Notes: generated by a model not told the origin, from the letters alone. A DNA stretch of 32,000 bases from an uncultured bacterium (GCA_964640155.1 CAZXEQ010000001.1:456403-488402), one strand, 5' to 3'. Shown: positions 1 to 8,099, numbered from the stretch's first letter. Numbers and translations: made by a program.

Positions 1-714
1 TACTTGTGGTAACACCGTCAATGTTGCCCACCACTTGTCTGTACCATAATGAATGTTAGGTCCCACAAACCATGCACTAAATTCCTGTTCTTCATACTCA
101 GGAAATTCACGATGGTTTTTGGCTTCAACTCCAACAGACCAATTCTGATTGAGGATATAAGAAAGTCCAAATGTAAACTCTAATTCTCCCTTTGTTTCAG
201 TTTCATCATCCTTAAACTCCCATACTTCTTCCCCAATAATATTAGTCACCAAAATCCAATGCTCGGCAAAGATATGTTCAAGAACAAGCTTTTCTTCAAG
301 TTCAAACTCGTCTCCATCATATTTCCATTCAAAATAAAGCAAAACACCGATTGGGTTCAGATGAGGACTTAGAAGCATGTATTTCCATTCATTGGAAACT
401 CCTGTAAATTCCATTTTATCTTTATCATTTTCAGTTCCAGGCAAATCTACATACAAGTCCTTAAAATTAAGATAAAGAGCTGCAGTTAAACGATCCGTTA
501 ATCCATATTCAATTTCTTCTCTAAAATCCCAACGTGTAAATTCTCCTTCATCATGACCTGAACGAAGCGTCACCCATTGTTCAAATTCCCAATGATTTTT
601 GGGCAATACAGAATCAGCCTCATAACTGTAAGTAAAACGTCTTTCATCTGCATGAAGCGAAGTGCTCAAAATAAAACCCACAACCCCCAGAATCCACAAT
701 TTACGTCCCAACAT
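1..714 (-). CDS. Putative outer-membrane beta-barrel protein; 3' end runs off the window (238 N-terminal codons present)
   Basis: Absent from the ORF track because it has no stop in the window. Manual minus-strand translation from ATG (comp. 712-714) gives MLGRKLWILGVVGFILSTSLHADERRFTYSYEADSVLPKNHWEFEQW... and stays open to position 1. Signal-peptide-like N-terminus, aromatic-rich alternating pattern, GGGAGG Shine-Dalgarno 4 nt upstream. Confidence 0.6.
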   Translation of the reverse strand, partial: MLGRKLWILGVVGFILSTSLHADERRFTYSYEADSVLPKNHWEFEQWVTLRSGHDEGEFTRWDFREEIEYGLTDRLTAALYLNFKDLYVDLPGTENDKDKMEFTGVSNEWKYMLLSPHLNPIGVLLYFEWKYDGDEFELEEKLVLEHIFAEHWILVTNIIGEEVWEFKDDETETKGELEFTFGLSYILNQNWSVGVEAKNHREFPEYEEQEFSAWFVGPNIHYGTDKWWATLTVLPQV

Positions 715-850
715 AAATCCTCCCTTATCCTTTTTATCATTTTGTTAGCTAGGTACCTCTATTTTCATTCAAATAAGTAATCTGGCCATCCCTGGCTATT
801 TTATATTCTGCCAAGATTACTCAAAAACTGAGATTAATTTGTTTGAAATT

Positions 851-1294
851 TTACTGACATTTTTTACAAAATCCCGTTACTTCCGTTTTATGAGCAACTG
901 CTTTAAAATGATATTTCTGGCAAGCCTCTTCTAACGGAATCTCCATTCTCTCATCTGAAAATTCAATAATCTTATTGCACTTCAAACAGATCAAATGCTC
1001 ATGATGATCTCGACCTAAAACACATTCATAATTTCTGTGTTTTTGACTATAAACGACTTCTCTCAATATCCCTAACTCTACCAAAAAAGGAATCGTTCGA
1101 TAAACAGTCGCTCGTGAAACCCTTTGATCTTCTGTTCTCACCTTCAACGACAAATCATCTGCACTAAAATGATCAGGAATTTTAATACTTTCTCGAAAAA
1201 CAAGAAGCCGAGCTTGCGTTGGTTTCAGCCCTTTTTCTTTTAACCGAAAAATATAATTTTCTTCAGAAATTATTTTGTTTTTATGCGTTTTCAT
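851..1294 (-). CDS. fur: Fur-family metalloregulator
   Basis: 147 aa. N-terminal winged-helix region (RATVYRTIPFLVELGIL), HHEHLICLKC and C-terminal CKKC metal-site motifs typical of Fur/Zur/PerR. Confidence 0.9.
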   Translation of the reverse strand: MKTHKNKIISEENYIFRLKEKGLKPTQARLLVFRESIKIPDHFSADDLSLKVRTEDQRVSRATVYRTIPFLVELGILREVVYSQKHRNYECVLGRDHHEHLICLKCNKIIEFSDERMEIPLEEACQKYHFKAVAHKTEVTGFCKKCQ

Positions 1295-1311
1295 TGAGAT
1301 TGAGTCTCAAT
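1293..1311. promoter_or_regulatory. 7-5-7 perfect inverted repeat ATTGAGA-ttgag-TCTCAAT overlapping the fur start codon (candidate autoregulatory operator or start-codon-sequestering hairpin)
   Basis: Read directly: attgaga (1293-1299) and tctcaat (1305-1311) are exact reverse complements. The fur ATG is comp. 1292-1294. Confidence 0.35.
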
Positions 1312-1401
1312 ATTAATTAATTTTCTCTGTTTGTCAAGATTTCTTTAATAGAGAATATTTTAATAATTAGAACAACTTAAGGAGACAATACAAGGAATAC
1401 A

Positions 1402-1442
1402 AAAGAGAAAGGCATTTCTTATCAAGAAATGCCTTTCTCTTT
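1402..1442 (-). terminator. Intrinsic-terminator-like hairpin downstream of the CxxC-rich gene
   Basis: 19-bp perfect stem aaagagaaaggcatttctt / aagaaatgcctttctcttt with a 3-nt loop (atc). It lies 32 nt after the stop at 1474; the T-rich distal arm could serve as the U-tract. Confidence 0.75.
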
Positions 1443-1473
1443 AAAACATATAATTAAAAACTAATCAAACTTC

Positions 1474-1842
1474 TTACTTTGCTTCTCCAGCTGCATCTAC
1501 TGCAACCTTTGCATCTGCCAAAGCTGCATCTGTAGCTTTTTGAGCATCAGCGATTGCTGCATTTGCTGCTTCTTGTGCAAACTTCTGTGAGCACATACCA
1601 CACATCACTGTCTCAGCTTTACAAGCAGGGCATGCAACTTTGGTTGCGCCTGTATTGGCTTTCATTTCCATGCCACATGCAGAACACTTGGCATCAGCTT
1701 TAAGAACTTCAACCACAGGCTTTGTAGAAGAAGGAATTGCAACTTTGCAAGCGGAACAGTCAATAGCATAAGAACCTGTTGCGAAAGAAAATGCCATAAA
1801 AAGCCCCAAGGCTACTGCCATCAATTGACGATATGACTTCAT
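1474..1842 (-). CDS. Secreted cysteine-rich protein with four CxxC motifs and an Ala-rich C-terminal tail
   Basis: 122 aa. Signal peptide MKSYRQLMAVALGLFMAFSFATGSYA; CSAC, CSAC, CPAC, CGMC, none followed by His (so not CxxCH heme sites); own terminator. Confidence 0.7.
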   Translation of the reverse strand: MKSYRQLMAVALGLFMAFSFATGSYAIDCSACKVAIPSSTKPVVEVLKADAKCSACGMEMKANTGATKVACPACKAETVMCGMCSQKFAQEAANAAIADAQKATDAALADAKVAVDAAGEAK

Positions 1843-1976
1843 GTAAATCTCCTATCACTTTTTAAATAATAAACTTCTTACTAGCTACTCCCCCAAAGGA
1901 ATAGCGAAGGAAAGATATCAAAAGTCTCTCTAATATTCAATCAAGAAAACAATTCAAAATCATTCAGATAGTATGT

Positions 1977-2087
1977 ATAAAAGTGTGTACTTTATGCGGG
2001 GAGCCCCGCCGAGCGCAATTTTTTATGAGCACGGTGGGGCTGACGAGTGTCAGGCCCTGCTATTTTTTTAAAAGTACACACTTTTAA
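1977..2087 (+). repeat. Family-A GC-rich palindromic element, copy 1 (shortened variant)
   Basis: ataaaagtgtgtacttta...gagcacggtggggctgacgagtgtcaggccctgc...aaagtacacacttttaa aligns with copies at 6512-6638 and 27594-27720. It lacks about 14 nt of the 5' arm. Confidence 0.8.
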
Positions 2088-2157
2088 CCACAACATCATC
2101 ACTTTTAAAAAATACTCAGTTTTATTTTTAAAAATAGTTTACAATATAAGCAAGCAC

Positions 2158-3195
2158 ATGAATATTCGAGAGATCCTTCATAATGAAGCAACTCTACAAT
2201 ATGAACTCCTGATGACCCCTGTTTATCTTATTCCTATTCAATTGCAAGGCTCTCGTATGGAAAAACTCATTCGCAGTATTCGCCAAGAACTGTCTAAGAA
2301 AAAATTCACCCTTAAACCTGTCTTTTATCTTTCTGATGAATTTGGCTGTGTTCAGAACACCATCAACATTGGCATCCCTTTTTACATGGCCCATTCTGAA
2401 CTTGAAAAACTGAATCAATCCTTTGGCAGTGAAAAGCACCAAACCTTAACAGATTTTCAAATTAAAGCATTGCTGCGACACGAATGTGGTCATGCATTTT
2501 TCTATGCCTATGAGATTTACAAAAATCGCCAGGCTCAGAATCTCTTTGGCAATTTTTCTGCAAAACGAATCCCTTTAGAAAGAATTAATTGGACTCCTGA
2601 TGAGTGTGTGGATTACATTGAAAAAAGGGAAGTTGCAACTATTGGGTATACCCGTACCCATCCTGAAGAAGATTTTTCTAACACTTTTGCTGCATGGTTA
2701 GATTCTCAAGAAAATCAAACTAGCTATACGGGGAAAGCCTTACAAAAACTTCAGTTTATAGATCGCTTGATTCACCGTTATCGAGGACGCAAATCAAAAG
2801 CAGCATCTAAAGAATTCCACAAACCCTACGAATCTCTTAGAGATCCCTTGGCCATTTTTTTCGAAAAACATTTTGGTCCATTTGATTTAGAATCAATCCA
2901 TCAAAAAGCAACAGGCTTTATAGATGACCATCTTCGTCATGCCTTTTCATCTTATACATCCAAACTTGCAGCCTCTACTTTTTTAGAAAGAAACAAACGT
3001 CGCCTATATAAGAAAATGAAAGATCGCTCAAAGAAAAAATCTTGGATTCGTCCTCTCATTGAAAAATCAATTGATCGTTCAAAAGCCCTCTGCCTTTATG
3101 TTCCGGGGGGGAATAGTCAGAAAGCATTGAAAATTTTTTCAGCTACCTTGAGTTTAATGATAACCCTTATCGAAGAAAATCAAAGGATCGGGTAA
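2158..3195 (+). CDS. Putative zinc-binding metallopeptidase (HExxH, Peptidase_Mx-like)
   Basis: LLRHECGHAFFYAYEIYKNRQAQNLFG contains HExxH and resembles, from memory, the zinc-binding metallopeptidase family. I moved the start to the ATG at 2158 (MNIREIL) because the track start at 2047 lies inside repeat copy 1. Confidence 0.5.
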   Translation: MNIREILHNEATLQYELLMTPVYLIPIQLQGSRMEKLIRSIRQELSKKKFTLKPVFYLSDEFGCVQNTINIGIPFYMAHSELEKLNQSFGSEKHQTLTDFQIKALLRHECGHAFFYAYEIYKNRQAQNLFGNFSAKRIPLERINWTPDECVDYIEKREVATIGYTRTHPEEDFSNTFAAWLDSQENQTSYTGKALQKLQFIDRLIHRYRGRKSKAASKEFHKPYESLRDPLAIFFEKHFGPFDLESIHQKATGFIDDHLRHAFSSYTSKLAASTFLERNKRRLYKKMKDRSKKKSWIRPLIEKSIDRSKALCLYVPGGNSQKALKIFSATLSLMITLIEENQRIG

Positions 3196-3216
3196 TTTTT
3201 ATTACCAACTCCATTT

Positions 3217-4308
3217 TTAACCACCAAACGAAGTTCCAACAGCTTGAGCAGCTAAAATAAGAGGATGATTAAGAGGAACATTTTTCAATTTGCCCACAGC
3301 TTTAGCAAGTGGAACTGCTTTAATCTCGTCTCCTTGAAGTGCAACCATTTTTCCAAAATCTTTCTTCAAAACAAGATTCAAAGCTTCATAGCCAAATCTT
3401 GTTGCCAAAAGCCGATCAAAAGAAGTAGGAGATCCCCCACGTTGCAAATGTCCCAGAACTGTAAAACGAGTTTCAAGTCCTGTTAAATCCTCTAATTGTT
3501 TAGATAACCAATTTGCAATGCCTCCCAATCGTATAGGGTCTGGACTATTTTTAACTTTGCGGGCAATCACTCGCTCACCTCCTTTTGGGAAAGCACCTTC
3601 TGCTACAACAACAATACTAAACAATTTGCCCTTCGCGCATCGCTTTTCAATCTTCTCTTTAATCTTTTGCATCTTGAAAGGAATTTCTGGAATAAGAATC
3701 ACATCCCCTCCTCCTGCAACTCCAGCGAAAAGCGCAATCCACCCTGCATAGCGCCCCATCACTTCAACAATCATAATACGGTGATGACTTTCGGCTGTTG
3801 TATGAAGCCGATCAATAGCCTCCGTAGCAATCGATACAGCTGAATCAAAACCAAAAGTAAAATCTGTCTCGGAAAGATCATTATCGATGGTTTTAGGAAC
3901 ACCTACAATATTTAGACCTAATTTGGCCAGCTGATTAGCAATCTTTAAAGTTCCGTCACCCCCAATAGTAATCAGAGCATCCAATTTTAATTGTGAAAAG
4001 GAATGGATAATCTCTGGAGAAACATCTTTCTCTTTGAAAACTTTTCCAATTTGAACAGGGTAATGAAATGGATCTGCACGATTCGATGTTCCTAAAATAG
4101 TTCCCCCTCTAGAAAGAATTCCAGAAACATCCCTATCAGAAAGAAGACGATACCGGTTTTCAATCACACCCAAAAATCCATCTTCAAAACCGAGGACTTC
4201 TATACCATGCTTCAGAATGGCAGGTTTAGTAACAGCACGAATGACCGCATTGAGTCCTGCACAATCTCCACCACCGGTCAAAAGACCTATTCTTTTAGAA
4301 TGAGACAT
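3217..4308 (-). CDS. pfk: 6-phosphofructokinase (phosphoryl donor ambiguous)
   Basis: 363 aa; GGGDCAGLNA, GGDGT, PKTIDND, MGR motifs of the PFK-A family; AGGAG SD upstream. GGDG (ATP-like Gly104 equivalent) is combined with PKTIDND (PPi-like Lys124 equivalent). Confidence 0.9.
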   Translation of the reverse strand: MSHSKRIGLLTGGGDCAGLNAVIRAVTKPAILKHGIEVLGFEDGFLGVIENRYRLLSDRDVSGILSRGGTILGTSNRADPFHYPVQIGKVFKEKDVSPEIIHSFSQLKLDALITIGGDGTLKIANQLAKLGLNIVGVPKTIDNDLSETDFTFGFDSAVSIATEAIDRLHTTAESHHRIMIVEVMGRYAGWIALFAGVAGGGDVILIPEIPFKMQKIKEKIEKRCAKGKLFSIVVVAEGAFPKGGERVIARKVKNSPDPIRLGGIANWLSKQLEDLTGLETRFTVLGHLQRGGSPTSFDRLLATRFGYEALNLVLKKDFGKMVALQGDEIKAVPLAKAVGKLKNVPLNHPLILAAQAVGTSFGG

Positions 4309-4445
4309 GAACGAACTCCTAGAATTTAATAAGATAAAAGCAAACGTATAGAAAAGTCTGTGCTTGAGGCAGATTAGCCTTAATTTGCAACGATAGAGGT
4401 ATAGAGATTCCTTGTAACAATCTATATGATTATATTTAAATCCTT

Positions 4446-4649
4446 TTATTTCTTACGTTTGAAGCCTTCTCCCTTACGTTTTTCTCTCATAGCCTTGAGC
4501 TTCTGTTCTCGGATTTTTTCCTCAACTCCCTCATCTTCAAGATCTTCTTCCCAATCTTCTGCTTCATCCATTTCAAAAAAACCTTTATTTTCCTCCTCTT
4601 GCCTTGACTCCTCTGGTTTTTCTGGCTGAAATTTTTGCTTCGGGTCCAA
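4446..4649 (-). CDS. Small highly charged protein (acidic core, basic tail)
   Basis: 67 aa. TTG start preceded by a strong SD (comp. of tcctcctc at 4656-4663). It lies directly downstream of the TPR gene on the same strand. The opposite-strand ORF 4426-4629 is a Ser-rich mirror artefact. Confidence 0.55.
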   Translation of the reverse strand: MDPKQKFQPEKPEESRQEEENKGFFEMDEAEDWEEDLEDEGVEEKIREQKLKAMREKRKGEGFKRKK

Positions 4650-4707
4650 CTTGAATCCTCCTCTTTTAATGTTAATTAATCGCAGTGTTATTTTATCACG
4701 TTTTAGC

Positions 4708-5943
4708 TTACTTCGTCCTCACAGAACTTTTGTCCTTCTTCTTCTCAAAATCTCTTAAAAATTTTATAAATTTGGGATCTTTACGAAGAGAATCTAAAAA
4801 TATATCCTTACGAAGAAGCTCAAGATTATGAAATCCATGTTCCTTGGCTTTATGCAACCATTCCAAAGCATGAAGTTTATCCCCTTTCATTGCATAAACA
4901 CACCCCATTGTATAATAAATATAAGGTTCTTGTGGGTGAGCTAATACGGCTATTTCCAACTGACGTAATGCATCTTCATAACGTCCCAAATTACAATAAA
5001 TTTGGGCCAATCCAATTTGTGCATCCACATAGTTGGGATTCACAGCCAATGCTTTTTGATATTCTTCTGCAGATTTTTGAAAATCTTCCAAATGCTCATA
5101 GCAATGAGCTAATGCTTTATGTGCTTCCGCAAGATTCGGGTCTATCTCTAAAGCTTCTTGAACTTGTTCTTTTGCCTGATCTAACCAAAATTTGTCGGGA
5201 GGATCTACCCAATGATAATGAGTCGCGTAGGCATCTGCCAACCCCGCATAAGCCAAAGCAAACTTCGGGTCCAATTCAATTGCCTTTTGAAACATTTCAA
5301 TGGCCATCCAATTACCCTCAGAGGTCATTTCAATGTGATAATATTTTCCTTTCAAATAAAACTCATAGGCAGCAGATGATACGGTCGGACGTTGAGTTAA
5401 GCCTTGTTTGACTCCTTGCGTCAAATTTAAATGAGCTGCCTCTGCAATTTTTGTCGCAAGCTCATTTTGAAGGCCAAAAATATCTTCAAGCGCAATCTTG
5501 CGCTCATAACGTTCTGCCCAAATATGAAGGCCTGAAACCACATCAATTAGCTGAGCTGTAACTAAAATCGTCTCTCCCATCTTGCGTACACTTCCTTCTA
5601 AAACAGCATCGACATTTAAAGCCTTACCAATCTCGTAAATCGTCACAGGCTTATTCTTAAATCGTAGAATATCTGTCATAGACTTTACATTTAATCCTTC
5701 GATTTTTGCAAGACGTGTAATCACATCTTCAGTCAGCCCATCACTCAAATACTCATCCTCTGGACGTCCTCCCATATTCTGAAAAAAGAGAACAGCAATA
5801 CGATTCTTTTGAGGTTGACCAAAATCAAAGGTCACACGAATAGGTTCTTCTCTCTTTTGACGGGATTGAAAAATAAGGAAAGAAGAAACGATAAAAAGAA
5901 GAAAAGAAACTGCAAGAATAAAGAACGATAATTTTGTTTTCAC
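4708..5943 (-). CDS. Membrane-anchored TPR-repeat protein with an N-terminal TolB-N-like domain
   Basis: 411 aa. N-terminal TM helix, IAVLFFQNMGG...DVITRLAKIEGLNV...AVLEGSV segment, then multiple TPR-like repeats (ALELDPKFALAY, ALEIDPNLAEAH, ALAVNPNYVDAQ). GTG start. Confidence 0.7.
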   Translation of the reverse strand: MKTKLSFFILAVSFLLFIVSSFLIFQSRQKREEPIRVTFDFGQPQKNRIAVLFFQNMGGRPEDEYLSDGLTEDVITRLAKIEGLNVKSMTDILRFKNKPVTIYEIGKALNVDAVLEGSVRKMGETILVTAQLIDVVSGLHIWAERYERKIALEDIFGLQNELATKIAEAAHLNLTQGVKQGLTQRPTVSSAAYEFYLKGKYYHIEMTSEGNWMAIEMFQKAIELDPKFALAYAGLADAYATHYHWVDPPDKFWLDQAKEQVQEALEIDPNLAEAHKALAHCYEHLEDFQKSAEEYQKALAVNPNYVDAQIGLAQIYCNLGRYEDALRQLEIAVLAHPQEPYIYYTMGCVYAMKGDKLHALEWLHKAKEHGFHNLELLRKDIFLDSLRKDPKFIKFLRDFEKKKDKSSVRTK

Positions 5944-6018
5944 ATGCGTCTTATGAAGTCATTTATGGGTATACTCATTAAAGTCTCTGATCCAGATTAA
6001 CTCTTATAAAAATCATGA

Positions 6019-6303
6019 TCAGTACGAATAAGGATCTGTATAAGGTGATTGTTCACGTCCAGACGAACAACGTCTTGTTCCTAAAGATTGGCCGTCTAAA
6101 GGGCATTGCCCAGGTCGATCAGAAATATAGTCTCCATTCGGGCAGGCATAATAATGATCTGCACCATATCCTCCCGCATTTGATGAAGAATAATGAGAAT
6201 ATGAAGTCTGTCTACTCTCATAGCGATCAGCCAAAGCCATCTCAGCAATCAAAAGCTCAATGATAAATGCAATATATAAAAAAAGTTTGCCACGCATATT
6301 CAT
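6019..6303 (-). CDS. Small secreted hypothetical protein (Ser/Tyr/Gly-rich, 3 Cys)
   Basis: Hydrophobic N-terminus MNMRGKLFLYIAFIIELLIAEMALA; AGGAG SD just upstream. The exact start (6303 or 6297) is uncertain. Confidence 0.45.
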   Translation of the reverse strand: MNMRGKLFLYIAFIIELLIAEMALADRYESRQTSYSHYSSSNAGGYGADHYYACPNGDYISDRPGQCPLDGQSLGTRRCSSGREQSPYTDPYSY

Positions 6304-6511
6304 CACTCCTCTAACTTCTAATCTCTTATAGTAGCAAGCTTTATACCAATCTAATAATTAAACATAATTATACATAAAACATACTGATAGAGAATGTATT
6401 ACAGAAATAGAATTAATAACATTTTTGAATCCATTGCCAATCATATTGTTCTATATTAGAACATTTACATCTATCTCTTTTGCTTCAAGCCTCTTAGAAG
6501 CAATGTTACAT

Positions 6512-6638
6512 ATAAAAGTGTGTCCTTTATAATTCGGGTGACACTCGGCGGGGAGTTCCACCGTGCGCAATTCTTCATGAGCACGGTAGGGCTGACGAGT
6601 GGCAGGCCCCGCTTCTTAACAAAAGGATACACTTTTAT
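6512..6638 (+). repeat. Family-A GC-rich palindromic element, copy 2 (full length, 127 nt)
   Basis: ataaaagtgtgtcctttataattcgggtgacactcggcggggagttccaccgtgcgcaattcttcatgagcacggtagggctgacgagtggcaggccccgcttcttaacaaaaggatacacttttat. The ends and the internal arms are mutually complementary. Confidence 0.85.
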
Positions 6639-6726
6639 ATACCCAATCTTAGAAGCTATAGATTTCATTATATGATGCATACTTTGAGTCTAAAAGGATA
6701 AAATGAATGGAGGGTGGTGAAGAAAA

Positions 6727-7782
6727 ATGAAAGAGACTTCTGTCCTTGAAAAGACTTTATCTCATTTGACCCAAGAAGGAGAGCTTTATAAAAACATTGG
6801 AGAAGGAAAAATTCAATGTTTTGCATGTGGGCATCTTTGCAAAATACAAGACGGAAAAGTTGGAGTTTGTCGTGTTCGTTTTAACAGAAAAGGAAAACTC
6901 TATGTCCCCCACGGTTATGTCGGAGCTCTTCAATGTGATCCCATAGAAAAAAAACCTTTCTTTCATGTTTTACCTGGGAACACTGCTTTAAGTTTTGGGA
7001 TGCTTGGTTGCGATTTTCATTGCAGCTATTGCCAAAATTGGATGACTTCCCAAGTTTTGAGAGATCCTGAAGCAACAAGCGCGCCAGAGCATATTACAGC
7101 TTTAAACCTCGTTAATCTTGCCCAAAAATATAAAGCGAAAGTTCTCGCTAGTACTTACAATGAGCCCCTGATCACAAGTGAATGGGCTGTTTGCATTTTT
7201 AAAGAGGCAAAAAAATTTGGGTTTAAAACTGCTTATATTTCAAACGGAAATGGCACATCTGAAGTTTTACAGTATCTCAAACCTTGGGTTGATTTTTACA
7301 AAGTAGATTTAAAAAGTTTTAATCCCAAGCATTATCTAGAGCTAGGTGGCAAACTCGAAACCATTTTGAATACCATTCAACTCTTGAAACAAATGAATTT
7401 TTGGGTTGAGATTGTGACGCTTTGCATCCCAGGCTTTAATGACTCTGATAAAGAATTAAAATCAATGGCTCAATTCTTAGTTTCTGTCTCTGAAGAAATT
7501 CCATGGCATATCACTGCTTTTTATCAGAACTATAAAATGAGAGACAACAACAATACCTCAGTTAAAACTCTCTTGAGAGCAGCAAAAATAGGGCAAGAAG
7601 CAGGATTGAAATTTGTTTACGCCGGTAATATTCCTGGACAAGTTGGCAATTTAGAAAATACCTACTGCCCACAATGTAAAACTCTTTTAATTGAACGATA
7701 TGGGTTTAAAGTTTTAAAAAATCTTCTTAAAAATGGAAATTGTCCGAGTTGCAAAGCTCAAATTCCAGGAGTATGGGACTGA
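6727..7782 (+). CDS. amrS: AmmeMemoRadiSam-system radical SAM enzyme (PFL-activase-like)
   Basis: 351 aa. N-terminal Cys cluster CFACGHLC...CRVR, radical SAM CDFHCSYCQNW (CxxxCxxC), C-terminal CPQC...CPSC. Confidence 0.8.
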   Translation: MKETSVLEKTLSHLTQEGELYKNIGEGKIQCFACGHLCKIQDGKVGVCRVRFNRKGKLYVPHGYVGALQCDPIEKKPFFHVLPGNTALSFGMLGCDFHCSYCQNWMTSQVLRDPEATSAPEHITALNLVNLAQKYKAKVLASTYNEPLITSEWAVCIFKEAKKFGFKTAYISNGNGTSEVLQYLKPWVDFYKVDLKSFNPKHYLELGGKLETILNTIQLLKQMNFWVEIVTLCIPGFNDSDKELKSMAQFLVSVSEEIPWHITAFYQNYKMRDNNNTSVKTLLRAAKIGQEAGLKFVYAGNIPGQVGNLENTYCPQCKTLLIERYGFKVLKNLLKNGNCPSCKAQIPGVWD

Positions 7783-7790
7783 AATACAAA

Positions 7791-8099
7791 CTACGAATTA
7801 CGTTTTTTTTCACAACTTTCACACTCGCAAAGTTTTCTTAACTCATCAAAAGCGTAAATTCCCGTATCATGTCCATCGGCCCATGACAATCCTAAACCAT
7901 ACTGCCCAATGGCTCTCACTTTTTTAAGAGTAAATCGACCCGGATGAATACCTAAACCTCTCTTGGGATCTTGATTACACATTGCACATGGACAATGTTT
8001 TCTTAAACTTTGAGGCAAGAAAATACTCTCATGCCCATCCTCCCAAATAACACCTAAATCTCCAGAAGGAAATTGTTGAATCTCTTTTGGTCTCATCAT
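7791..8099 (-). CDS. DUF971-domain protein
   Basis: 102 aa. IWEDGHESIFLPQSLRKHCPCAMC and LSWADGHDTGIY match the duplicated DUF971 pattern as I remember it. Confidence 0.65.
   Translation of the reverse strand: MMRPKEIQQFPSGDLGVIWEDGHESIFLPQSLRKHCPCAMCNQDPKRGLGIHPGRFTLKKVRAIGQYGLGLSWADGHDTGIYAFDELRKLCECESCEKKRNS

Noticed and set aside
730-760. Fur-box-like AATGATAA segment upstream of the partial OMP gene (minus strand), and a similar one upstream of the CxxC-rich gene (~1950-1970)
   Set aside because: Only about 10-12 of 19 positions match the E. coli-type consensus in AT-rich DNA. The true box for this lineage is unknown.
1474-1842. CxxC motifs considered as c-type heme-binding sites
   Set aside because: None is followed by His (CSACK, CSACG, CPACK, CGMCS).
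2047-2157. Track start of the 382-aa ORF (MSGPAIFLKVHTFNHN...)
   Set aside because: These codons lie inside and just after family-A copy 1. The internal ATG at 2158 is the more plausible start.
4890-5411. 173-aa + strand ORF inside the TPR gene, and similar long antisense ORFs (15991-16347, 15637-15926, 20258-20918, 30741-31171, 9399-10094)
   Set aside because: They are antisense to genes with clear family signatures, are compositionally odd (Ser/Pro/Leu-rich), and lack SDs.
6591-6600. CUGACGAG within family A resembles the hammerhead ribozyme CUGANGA core
   Set aside because: Copy 3 has CUGACAAG, which would mutate the essential G8. That same position covaries with the 5' arm (actcg/cgagt versus acttg/caagt), so it is helical and not a catalytic core. 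No downstream GAAA element is present.
6471-6680. 69-aa minus-strand ORF
   Set aside because: It is entirely a translation of family-A copy 2 and its flanks, and the same peptide recurs wherever the repeat occurs.
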